A stretch of 64,000 nucleotides of DNA from positions 3,658,001-3,722,000 of the forward strand of contig NC_043009.1 in NCBI RefSeq assembly GCF_006345805.1, given 5' to 3'. This stretch comes from Octopus sinensis. Taxonomy: Eukaryota. The notes below the pieces were generated by a model. It had not been told where the DNA came from and did no database searches. It saw only the letters and a program-made list of their open reading frames with translations. Shown here piece after piece: positions 13,391 to 26,876 of the stretch (positions within the stretch are counted from its first letter, which is position 1; each line of letters opens with the position of its first letter). A program made the translations under genes and the position numbers.

Positions 13391-13999
13391 GTGTGTGTGT
13401 ATACATGCAAACATTTATACACACAACCACATACTGTTTGAAAGAAATAGAGAATTAAAAACCAGAAGAAACTTTATACTTACAAAGATAAGTAAAAGAA
13501 AAGTTACGAAATAAAATTTGTTAAAACAAATGAAAAGTGAAGAATCTCTCATTAAATAAGAAATAAAAGCGGCAAAAAATGTTATTGATAGATTGATGAA
13601 TAACATACAGAGAGAGAAAAAAAACAGAACAAAAGAGCTAAAAATAAACTATATAATAAATAAATAAGGAAATCTGAACAAATTAGGTTCCTAGATTGAC
13701 AGCTTTAGATTGTTTGTGTAAGGGACAGTATTTTGTTAATGAGAAATTAGCAGAAAGATATGGCGGAAGAGTGATGGGTTGTGATTAAAATGAGGGAAAA
13801 AAAAACTTCTGAAAAACGAAACTGTAAAAATGAGGCGAAAAACGAAATGAAAAACAGAGTTGAAAAAAGAAATAATTATGTATTTTGTTTTCACAAAAGT
13901 GAAGGAAATATTTATACTGTTTATATGGTTATTATAATGTGTTTCATCTTGCATACACACCAAATGTCAGACACACGAGCATAGCTACCAACATACACA

Positions 14000-14607
14000 C
14001 ACGTGCGTGTATATATATATATGTATATATATATATATAAGGATATTATATATATGTGTGTGTGTGTGTATGTATATATATGTATACATATATATATATA
14101 TGTATATACGTATATATGTACACACACATACATATATATATATATGAGATTCGTGGTATGTGCATATGTGTGTGTGTACGTGTGTATATCTAAATGAGTA
14201 TGTATATATATAAACAGAGAGAGAGAGGTAGAGTGGAGTGAAGAGAGAGAGATGTACATAAATCTATGTATGCATATATTTATATCGGGTGGTATATTTT
14301 TTGTGTCTTAGAGCGTGGATATAAGGGTGTGCTTTAACACTATAGAGTTATCTAGTTTTGCATAGATGTGGTAGGGGAGACGAAAAGAAAGTGGTAATTA
14401 ATTTTAAAAATACTAGAAATAGCATTTAATTAAGAATTAAGGAGTAACATACACAGCCACAACACTTCAAGCTTACACTGACACAAATACCTACTTACGT
14501 ACACACATACACGTCTATGTAGAAAAGAAACATGCGTACAAATGTATATATACGCACACACTCACACACACACACACGAACACATAATATATATATATAT
14601 ACATACA

Positions 14608-14638
<31 letters not shown>

Positions 14639-14916
14639 ATATTATATATTATACTTACATATTATATATATATATGTATGTACATATATATAATATATAT
14701 ATATATACATCTCTCTCTCTCTCCTCTGTTTATATATATAAATATTCATTTAGATATACACACGTACACACACATATATATATATATAATTATATATATA
14801 TTATATATTATATGTATATGTATATATATATATATTATATATATATATTATATATATATATATGTATATATATATATAGATATATATATATATCTATATA
14901 TATATATATATAATAT

Positions 14917-14972
<56 letters not shown>

Positions 14973-15440
14973 TATATATATATATATATAATATATATAT
15001 ATATACACCTATATATACGCACGTAAGTATGTACATACCTATATGTAATCATGAGTCTATTAAAAGAAACATCACATTAAATTTCTTTTCTAAATGTGTA
15101 TAATATTTATATTTTATTTTTCGAAGATGAGTGAATACAAAACTACATTTTTTGTCCTATACATGAAAACACATATTTATATATGTGTATAAGCAAATGT
15201 ATACATACATATGCATAAATGCATACATGTGTATGGTTGTGTGTGCGTGCCTGTGTGTCTGTGTGCGTGTATATTTCTATATAGAAATACATATGTGAAT
15301 TTATCTTGCATATGTATATTTTTGTGCGTCTGTCTGTATGCATGTATGTATGTATGTATGTATGAATGTATGTATGTATGTATGCATGCCAATATCTATC
15401 AGTCCATCTATATATATATATATATATATATATACTATAT
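14000..15440. repeat. Long compound (TA)n/(CA)n/(TG)n low-complexity block
   Basis: Directly visible; source of the IYIY/THTH pseudo-ORFs. Confidence 0.9.
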
Positions 15441-15445
15441 ATATA

Positions 15446-15822
15446 TCTATATAAACGGCAGTTTGTCTGTCTGTGTGTCTGTGTGTCTGTTAGGTTGTAC
15501 CCTCACCCTGACCACGGCTTTCACCGATTCTGATGAAACTTGACACACACAAGCCCAATGTCATAATTCAAAACTAACGCAGCGAAAATTTTGAAAAGTT
15601 CCCCCAGTTCTGAAATGAAATCGATAAATTCGACATGGGGTCGAGAATCAGAAACACAAACCACAGACCGTCTAGGGGACGCAACTCTACCTTTTTTAAC
15701 TCTCAAAAAAAATTTACCATCATTTTTTTCCCATTTTTTTCTATTTTTTGGCTATAACTCTCTAAAAATGCTTTATAGTTATTTCCCTTACAAACCTGAG
15801 CAACGCCGGGCGATACTGCTAG
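15446..15822 (+). mobile_element. Non-autonomous Helitron
   Basis: Starts TC after A, ends CTAG before T, with subterminal hairpin CCTGAGCAACGCCGGG about 10 nt upstream of the end. Confidence 0.75.
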
Positions 15823-16397
15823 TATTTATATATTTGTGTTTATATACATATATGTCTCTCTCTCTCTATATATATATATATGTTCTTATTATAAAAGGCA
15901 GATTTTATCTGCCTCCCTTTGAGAGTTATACAAATCTACAATATAAGATTTCTTCAATTACAATTTACCTGGCATTTTTGAGAGTACAATGCATCGCGTC
16001 ATGCCAGGTCCAGTTTTTAAAATTTAAACTCCAATTAAGCAAAATTTACAGAAAACTCACATTCTGGTGTGTGTGTCAAATGCTTTTCTTAGTTTGGTTT
16101 ACACCACACGCAAACGCACACACACAGTGGGCAACGAATAAAATGAAAGTAATTGACTTACTGTAGTGAGTGTTTCTTTCACTCTGCCTCCCACTTCCTC
16201 TTTCAACACATAGACACGCAAATATATAAATAAAATTGTAAGCTAACGTGCGTGTGTGCGATTGGGTGTGTGTGGGTGTGCGCGTGTGTGTATGTGTGAG
16301 GGTGCGTGTTGTGTGTGTGTGTGTGTGTCGTGTGCGTGAGTGGTGTGACAGGAAAGTTTTTTTCGACGAATATAACACCTATATCCAAGTAGCAGAA

Positions 16398-16768
16398 AGA
16401 TAAGACAGTAAGGTGTGATTTGAGGGAGATTTGGCTGCTATTTCTACCATGTCTAGTTGCCATGTAGGGGTCTCCCTCATAGGCTCACATACAATATACA
16501 TAGATAAGACAGTAAGGTGTGATTTGGGGGAAATTTGGCTGCTATTTCTACCAGGTCTAGCTGCCATGTAGGGGTCTCCCTCATAGGCTCATACATACAT
16601 ATATACATAGATAAGACAGTAAGGTGTGATTTGGGGGAAATTTGGCTGCTATTTCTACCAGGTCTAGCTACCATGTAGAGGTCCCCCTCATTGGCTCATA
16701 TATATATACATACATAAGACAGTAAGGTGTGATTTGAGGGAGATTTGGCTGCTGTTTCTACCAGGTCT
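16398..16768. repeat. Tandem repeat, about 3.6 x 104-107 bp
   Basis: Units start at about 16398, 16502, 16609 and 16714 ((AG)ATAAGACAGTAAGGTGTGATTTG...GGCTC plus a short TA/CA spacer). Confidence 0.92.
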
Positions 16769-16839
16769 GTTAGGCCTTCTCATGTAAACTCAAGCTTTCT
16801 CATGCCTTGAACATACGACCAAAGCAGAGAATGTATTCT

Positions 16840-17070
16840 TTTATTCTTCTGCTTTTTCCAGCCATTGTCTGTGGCCATGCTGGGGCAATGCCTTGAAGAA
16901 TTGCAGTTTATGAATCAACTGCAACAGTTTTTTTTTGTAAGCATTGTACTTATTCTATCTGTTTCCTTTGTCAAACCACTAGGTGACAGGGATGTAAACA
17001 AACCAACATTCGTTGTCAAGCAGTGGTGGAGGACAATCACAAGCACAGACAGACACGCAAACACACACAC
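16840..17070 (-). mobile_element. CORE-like SINE, diverged 3' half
   Basis: GTGGCCATGCTGG...GTACTTATTCTATC...CGTTGTCAAGC match the family tail. Confidence 0.7.
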
Positions 17071-17135
17071 ATACATGCATACACATATACACACATACAT
17101 ACATACATACATATATATATGTGTGTATATATATA

Positions 17136-17459
17136 TTGCAGCCTGGAAGGTGTTTCTAAGCCATTTAAGAAACACACAAAAACCGTTACATTCACTTCAA
17201 CATTTAAATTTAATTCGCCAAAATATTTTCGTCGCTTTCAGACCGCGACCTGTTCACTGACAAAAATATCGTGCTAACAGGTCGCGGTCTCAAAGCGACG
17301 AAAATATTTTGACAAATTAAATTTAAATGTTGAAGTGAATCTAACGGTTTTTGTGTGTTTCTTAAATGGCTTATAAACACCTTCAACGCTGCAACTGTTT
17401 TCGTTCGCAGCACACGATCTCAGATCAAGTCACTTGCTATGCAAGTACATCTCTGTAAC
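17136..17459. mobile_element. Foldback/MITE-like palindromic element (119-bp arms, 21-nt loop), left end apparently lost
   Basis: 17136-17254 is the reverse complement of 17276-17394 with 7 mismatches by eye. A unique extension to 17459 follows; flanked by (TA)n. Confidence 0.8.
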
Positions 17460-17558
17460 TATATATATTATATATATATATATATATATATGTATATTGG
17501 TGGTAAACAGTAAGATAACAAAGAAAGAAAGACCTCAATATTATGTAAATAGAGGAAA

Positions 17559-17952
17559 TCTTTATATATGAAAGTGAGGTTGTGTGTCTGTCTCCTACGA
17601 TTTAGATTCCTAACTACTCCCACATTTTGCGGTGCAGTTTAACCAAAACCGGGTATCTTATAGTCGTGATTCATATCGAGACCGTCTGGGTATTAGCGCG
17701 CGTCTACGATGAGTCTACGATTTAAAAAAAAATTTACCATCAATTTTTCCCATTTTTAATCCATTTTTGACATATATAAGGGAAGTAACTCTCTAAAATT
17801 TATTATTAAATCTCAGAACGTAAAATCTACAGTAACACCCCTCCCCCTTTGTGGTTAGCCATATTGAGATGGCTATTATACTTTACATCTCTAAAAATGC
17901 TTATATAATTATTTCGCTTACAAACCCGAGCAACGCCGGGCGATACTGCTAG
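17559..17952 (+). mobile_element. Non-autonomous Helitron
   Basis: A|TC start, CCCGAGCAACGCCGGG hairpin, CTAG|T end; 3' end nearly identical to that of 15446-15822. Confidence 0.75.
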
Positions 17953-18467
17953 TATATATATATATATATGTGTGTGTGTCTATATATATATATACAGAGA
18001 GAGACAATGAGAGAGAGAATATGAGATAAAGAGAGAGAGTGATTGGGAAGGAGAGACATACAGAGAATGTCATACAGAGAGAGACAGACTGAAATATAAA
18101 CATGGAGAATCAGGGAATAGGAACGAGCAGAAGATGCGTATATCTGAAGCGTGTCTCATGATATTTAAAACGGAAACTCTAAACGACGGTGATTGAAATG
18201 TTGATAAGTTCCAGCTATATTCAGTGACCAATTTTATTTTGTTATAATTAAGACGTATATTGAGATAGTTTCAAATGTATGCTAAATATAAACGTTAAAA
18301 GACACACTGAGACACACACACATACACACATACGCTTATACATTGATGAATGTGTATATGTATATATATATACATATATACACATATACATAAATAATAT
18401 ATACATATATTGTACATATACATACACATATACATATGCATATATATATATATGTATATACACATAC

Positions 18468-18504
<37 letters not shown>

Positions 18505-18544
18505 TATATATATATATAATATATATATATATATATAATAATGT

Positions 18545-18745
18545 GACTGCGTGTGTACCGTTGGCGATTTTTTTTCCTCCGTCTTCACTTCTCTGGATCT
18601 TTCCTTCTCCTATGTTTCCGACGAAGAGCTCCGCTCGAAATGTAAAACCCTCCTTCTTCCCTTCCTTCCTGAGCGTCCAATAATACTATATTTGTTCCAC
18701 GTCCTCGCGTTGTTGTTTTCTCTTTGTGTTTTCATGTTTGGATTT
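18545..18745 (+). mobile_element. Penelope-like pLTR remnant with decayed hammerhead motif
   Basis: GTTT-CCGACGA-A-GAGC TCC GCTC-GAAA-TG-TA-AAAC at 18614-18648. Confidence 0.5.
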
Positions 18746-19106
18746 ACTTCATATATGTATATATATATATATAATATATACATATATATAAGTGCATTTG
18801 TATACATTTATGTATATGCATACATGCATATATTATATTTATAATATACATATATATATACATATATATATATATAATATTTATCTATATATATGTGTGT
18901 GTGTGTATATATGTATATATTGTACACTATATATATGTATATACATCAATATATATCTATATATATATATCTAATATATATATATTATATAAATATATAC
19001 AATATATACGTATATATACACATATGTATGCATCAGGGTATAATCGTATATGAAGTATGTATATATACAGATCTATGCGCGCGCACACACACATATGTAT
19101 ATATAT

Positions 19107-19153
<47 letters not shown>

Positions 19154-20560
19154 AGATAGTGTGTGCGAATGTGTCTCTGTGTGTGAACATGTATGTATGT
19201 GTGTATGTGAGTCTGTGTCTGTGTGTGTTCGTGTGTGTGTACATGTATGTTTGTCTATCTGTTTCCAATTCATTCCAATGATGTCACGATCGTCTTTTTA
19301 TTTTTGTTTTTAGACTTTTAAGCGCTTCACATCTGAAAAGGCTGCATCGTGTTTGTTTTCTTTCATTAATACCTACTGTTAAGTCAGCTCCGATGTATGA
19401 TGATACGCTGGGAATGTAGGAAAAAAGCAAAACATACATACACACACACACACACAGACAAGCAGAACACTCACAGAAGCACACACACTCACACACAGAG
19501 GCACAAACACGCACGCACACGCACACACACACACTCACACTGAAACACACACCTACACATGCACAAACACAAACTCACATACACTATCTCCCAAACAATT
19601 TCGCAAATACATATTTAAGTACGCATTTATAAGTGTGCGTGCGAGTGTGTGTGTGTATGTGTGTATATATATATATGTGTATATATATATATGTATATAT
19701 ATATATATACATGTATACATAGCGTGTCTGTTTTTTGAGGTCATTTGTATGAATTTAGAAAACGACAGCTCATCAAAGAAAGGATGTATTTGAAAACAAA
19801 TATGTTCAAGAGAATTCTTTTATCACACCTATTCACTGAATCCACCGTTAGCACCAATGCCAGCTACAGTGTGGAGTGGGAAGCGTTGACATGCCCCAAT
19901 CAAATGATGTTTATAAATTTTGACAACAGTGCTGGTTATGACGGACTTCATAGCTTTTATGGTGTTATGGGGCTGTTGATTGACCTCTCTCTCGACTACG
20001 CTACATAAGTCACAGTCCACTAGATTGAGGTTTTGTGAGCTAAGAGGCTATTGTCTCGAGCAAACATGGTCATGAAGATTGGCATACTTTCGCGCTTTAG
20101 TAATCTTGGTCATAAGATTCTTGTCGGAGGACTAACCGATTTTCCTTCCTGTATAAGGAGATGGAATGAACAAGTTTTTAATATTTTAGCAATTTATAAA
20201 AATATCATTGTGATGTGGGTATAAAACAGAAAAAAAAACTTAAGATATTCTTGGAGGGATCTCGAATCTACATGAAAACTCGCATGCATATAGCTATTGC
20301 TGAATTATATTAATGAAATAATGAGTATAATACACAACTTTCATCAATTGCCGTCTGATACTTATCTATCGCAACAACTATAGCGATTTGTACATAGCTT
20401 GTTCATTCTTCCACCTCGTATTAAAATTCTTCTGTATAAACTGAAAAGATACTCGCCGGTAATCGTCGATTTCCACTTCTCTATCCATTGGAAGGAGAAG
20501 TCCTACTATACGATGAATTCTGGTAGCCGATACTAGCAAAAGAGCCTTGGAAACCATTGC

Positions 20561-20626
<66 letters not shown>

Positions 20627-20834
20627 CAGGCAGAAACAAGGAAAATACCACTTGTATTTGAACACTATACAAATATTATTTTTAAGAAAACTTTTCATTT
20701 TCTAAATTTAATTGCTTTCCATACTTACAGTTGAAAAAGTCTCAATGACTGAAACCGGTACTGAAATGTTTTTTATAAAATTATTTTAGCATTTTCTATC
20801 TTGACTTTTTTTCCATATATATATATATATTTAT

Positions 20835-21390
20835 ATCGTCGGCTCCAGCTCGTATCCGAACATAGGGTACGTAAGTTCCCATCCAGTCTCCTCGGCTGAT
20901 GTTTGTGCCGAAAGTTACTTTGGAGTCCAAGTCAGCGGTGAAACGGAAGAGTCGTGGGCAAAACTTGCAAGGGATGGTAGATGCAGGTTGAGGATGTTGA
21001 AGACGCCTCTTTCTTCTGTGTTTTGCCTCTTCATTGTGTTTTCTGTTCTGCCCGAATGAGCTGGCTCCATTGCGGATAGCAGTCTTCTAGACTCTCCTAT
21101 TCATGGCAATCTGTTCTCATGATGGGTGGTTGGATGTTAGTTTGGTAGTGAGGCGTGGCGAGGAACCTCGATGTTGGTAATGTGATCTACCCATTGTATA
21201 TTGAGGATCTGTCATAGCTTCGATTGCTAAAAGCATTCAAGGCGCTTGATGTCACGGTGGTACAACGTCCAAGAGTCACATGTGTAGAGTAGAGTTGACA
21301 AGACAATGGTACGGAAGACAATGATCTTGGCCCGGATGTTCAGCGCGTGATTGAAGAATACACGTTTGAGCTGTCTTTAAAACGGCATTT
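20835..21390 (-). mobile_element. Degenerate RTE-clade LINE 3' fragment
   Basis: RVFFNHALNIRAKIIVFRTIVLSTLLYTCDSWTLYHRDIKRLECF*..ILNIQWVDHITNIEV, then IPCKFCPRLF and a 3' UTR. Confidence 0.85.
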
Positions 21391-21620
21391 CAGACCTCTT
21401 CTTGGTCTTGTTTTGAAATTTTGAAAGACGCAACGAAAATTTTAGGACAATAAAAATAAGAAAAACGTGGAAATTTTACCGGTGAGTGTGTTACATTATA
21501 AGACACAAAAAGAAAATGAGTCTCCCCAGACACAATAGAATATGCTTCAACACACGAACTCATATAAAGAATCTTGCAAGCCAAATCCAAACACTGAAAT
21601 TAAATTACAGCACAAATACA

Positions 21621-22031
21621 TAGGCATAGGAGTGGCTATGTGGTAAGTAGCTTGCTTACCAACCACATGGTTGATGGTTGAGTCCCGCTGCGTAGCAACT
21701 TGGGCAAGTGTCTTCTACTATAGCCTCGGGCCGACCAAAACCTTGTGAGTCGATTTGGTAGACGGAAACTGGAAGAAGCCCGTCGTATATGTATATATAT
21801 ATACGTGTACGTGTATGTGTATGTGTGTGTATATGTTTGTCTGTGTTTGACCCCCCCCCCACCAACATCGCTTGACAACCGATGCTGGTGTGTTCACGTC
21901 CCAGTAACTTAGCGGTTCGGCAAAAGAGACCGATAGAATAAGTACTAGACTTACAAAGAATAATCTCTGCTGGGTCTATTTGCTCGAATAAAGGCGGTGC
22001 TCCAGCATGGCCGCAGTCAAATGACTGAAAC
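21621..22031 (+). mobile_element. tRNA-derived CORE-like SINE, full length
   Basis: A box TGGCTATGTGG, B-box-like GTTGAGTCCC, CTTGGGCAAGTG block, internal TA/TG microsatellite, tail CCAGCATGGCCGCAGTCAAATGACTGAAAC. Confidence 0.88.
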
Positions 22032-22577
22032 TCCGTCATTTGGTTAAAGAAACAGAATCAGATAATTACACATATCGTATGACTGCAATGAATTGCTCAT
22101 TATATATTTCTAAATTGAAATAATAAACATTACTTCTATACATTTACGTACTCTTAATTAGATAGACAATCCCATTTACAAATTGCTCACAGAAGATATA
22201 AGTAATTAATTACATGTAAGCATTTAGCACTTCACCAATACAGTTGCATATGCGCAATTAGCGACATAATTACACGTTTACAAATACACAATATACAACA
22301 TAATGGCTTATATAACATGATTGTATACGAAATGATTTCATAAACCTCTTCAGTACTTAACGCGCAACATACAATGGCTCGAAGGAGACTCACATACAAG
22401 CGCAAATTATTAAGAAAATCTGCTAAATAAAACCATAAATCACACCCAGCCTTTGATTTTAGAAGAAGCAATATTTTTAGTAATACGATACTGGGGATAC
22501 AGTAGCAAAACTAAATGATAGGTTGGTCATGGTTGGAAATCGATTGATAAGCAGAAAGTGATAGTTATATATGTTGT

Positions 22578-23943
<1,366 letters not shown>

Positions 23944-24200
23944 TAGATAGATAGATAACAGACGAACTCATTCATGTTTGCGTTTATCTATTTCACAATG
24001 AAATCACCAGTCACAGCTATGTTAAAATACATTTGCCTTAGATGCAGCTCAGTATAGAACCGAACCTAACCTCGTAACAAAGTGTGGAATTCCATACCGC
24101 AGAAGCACGAATATCGCTTCACGTCAATGTTCATATGAAACATGATTAAAACCACATTTCCAAAACTTACTTTAGATGCAAGTAAATACTAGAGCTTGTA

Positions 24201-24632
24201 AAGCGGCGAGCTGGCGGAAACGTTAGCAAGCCGGGCGAAATGCGTAGCAGTATTTCGTCTGTCTTTACGTTGTGAGTTCAAATTCCGCCGAGGTCAACTT
24301 TGCCTTTCATCCTTTCGCTGTCGATTAAATAAGTACCAGTTACGCATTGGAGCTGATATAATCGACTTAATCCGTTTGTCTCTGCTTGTTTGTCCTCTCC
24401 GTGTTTAGCCCCCTGTGGGTAGTAAAGAAATAGTTATTTCGTCTGACGTTACGTTCTGAGTCCAAATTCCAGAGGTCAAATTTGTCTTTTATCTTTTCGG
24501 GATCGATAAATTAAGCACCAGTTAAACACTGGGGTCGATATAATCGACTTAATCTATTTGTCTGTCCTTGTTTGTCCCTTCTATGTTTAGTCCCTTGTGG
24601 GCAATAAAGAAACAAGGAACGTTAGCACGCCG
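24201..24632 (+). mobile_element. Nin/Deu-domain-like SINE in tandem (full copy, headless copy, stub)
   Basis: Head GCGGCGAGCTGGCGGAAACGTTAGC, B box GAGTTCAAATTCC, block GAGGTCAACTTTGCCTTTCATCCTTTCG..TCGAT. Body repeated at 24433-24613; stub at 24617-24634. Confidence 0.8.
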
Positions 24633-25020
24633 GGTGTGGCTGTGTGGTAAGTAGCTTGCTAACCAGTCACATGGTTCCGGGTTCAGTCCCACCGCGTGGC
24701 ATCTTGGGCAAGTGTCTTCTGCTATAGCCCCGGGCCGACCGATGCCTTGTGAGTGAATTTGGTAGACGGAAACTGAAAGAAGCTTGTCGTGTGTATGTAT
24801 ATATGTGTATATGTGTGTGTATGTGTGTCTGTGTTTGTCCCCCTAGCATTGCTTGACAACCGATGCTGGTGTGTTTACGTCCCCGTCACTTAGCGGTTCG
24901 GCAAAAGAGACCGATAGAATAAGTACTGGTCTTACAAAGAATAAGTCCCGGGGTTGATTTGCTCGACTAAAGGCGGTACTCCAGCATGGCCGCAGTCAAA
25001 TGACTGAAACAAGTAAAAAA
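24633..25020 (+). mobile_element. tRNA-derived CORE-like SINE
   Basis: Family head (TGGCTGTGTGG, GGTTCAGTCCC) and tail. Confidence 0.9.
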
Positions 25021-25266
25021 TATATATATATATATATATTTATACATACATATAAACATACATGCATACACGCATAAATACACAACATAGTCACATACAT
25101 GTATACATACATATGTACATATATAAACGTGCGTTGAGCTTGCTTCTCTTTCTATATGTAGGTATCGATAGACATCAATACACCCAGGCTTATATAAACA
25201 TACATCTCACTTATATCTCTCCATATCTATGTCCACCTGTCTCTTTCTCTCATCCTATTACTACAC

Positions 25267-25690
25267 TTACTCTCTTTACTCTCTTTTACTCTTTTACTTG
25301 TTTCAGTCATTTGACTGTGGCCATGCTGGAGCACCGCCTTTAGTCCAGCAAATCGACCCCAGGACTTATTCTTTTTAAGCCTAGTACTTATTCTATCGGT
25401 CTCTTTTGCCGAACCGCGAAGTTACGGGATCGTAAACAAACAAGGTATCGGTCGTCAAGTGAAGTTGTGGGGACAAACACAGATACACAAACACATACAT
25501 ATATACATATATATACATATATTCGACGAGCTTCTTTGAGTTTCCGTCTACCAAATCCACACACAAGGCTTTTTTAAATTGCCCGAGACTATATTAGAAG
25601 ACACTTGTCCAAGGTGCCACTCAGTGGGACTGAACCCGGAACCATGTGGTTGGTAAGCAAGCTACTTACCACACAGCCACTCATGCGCCT
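25267..25690 (-). mobile_element. tRNA-derived CORE-like SINE
   Basis: Reverse-complement copy of the same family, with (TTACTCT)-like tail repeats. Confidence 0.9.
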
Positions 25691-26844
25691 GTTAGCTGGT
25701 AATATTTTCTTTCAAAGTTCGAAAGTGACCGTTTCTTGCATCCAAGAACGCAAAATCTCAGCATCTCGGCAAATGTTACGATAATAGCCTCTTTTATTAC
25801 ATTCTAGAAAACGTGAGGTGACATTCTCATACAGACAATGAATCTGCAGTAGTCTAATTTAGCAATTCCCCTCATGACAAAAATATTAACGAAATATGAA
25901 ATAAAGCTGTCATGTGCCATCGTGTCGTGACAATCGTTTGCCACTCCCCCCCCCCCCATCAACGGCAACACGTACGCAAATACTTGAATAACGCTCACAC
26001 ACTTCGATGCACTACGACTCACACGTGTATTCGCACGCATGTCATGCTTACGTCATTTTAGCGCGTTTAAATTTTTGCTCCTCTTCTACAAGGAATTTAA
26101 GTTTCTGGAAAGAATTGTAATGACATTTCCGGAGAACATCCTCGAAATATTTTGAATAATAATGTGTAAGAACGAAGTGTATTATCTCAATTCAGTTAAT
26201 AATTTTTCTTTTTACATATATTGCACGTTTCACGAACTCTGTCATAATTTTGCGTTAAAAGTGTCATACGCAACAGAATTCTACGTGCACATGTACCACG
26301 GTTCTTCTGAAAACTGTTGTCTTCCATCCACTGCAGGAAGGTATTATCAATGACCTTTAGACCCCACCCAACTCCCTTGATATCTGCAGTCGAATTCATG
26401 GCAGCTCTTTTTGTTTTTTTAAATTATTACAGGTTGTAATTTTTAAAAGAATTATTTTACAAGTGTCACAGATAGATCGAAAAACAGATGTAGAGAAACA
26501 TAGGTAAGGAGAAAAAAAACAGAGATGACTAGAGTATGTATATGAAGTGTGTATTCGTGAGTCTATGTATACTTACACACACACGCAGACACACACCACA
26601 CACACACACGCGCGCGCGCGCGCGCATATATATATATATATATATATATACGCACACTCATATATGCCTGTCAGTTAATTTGGCAGGCTAAAATTATGTG
26701 AAAGCCCGTCGGCTCCTGTATAGAGAAATGTCATTTCACATGAAAACATCTGGTAACTTTGGTCGGTTGAACACGAATAGTGCATTTTATGTGTGCGCGC
26801 TTGTGTGTGTGTATGTGTGTGCGCGTGTGTCTGTTTGAGTGTGT

Positions 26845-26876
<32 letters not shown>

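Noticed and set aside
19745-20008. 87-aa non-repetitive ORF
   Set aside because: No recognisable domain or convincing splice sites; length is within chance expectation.
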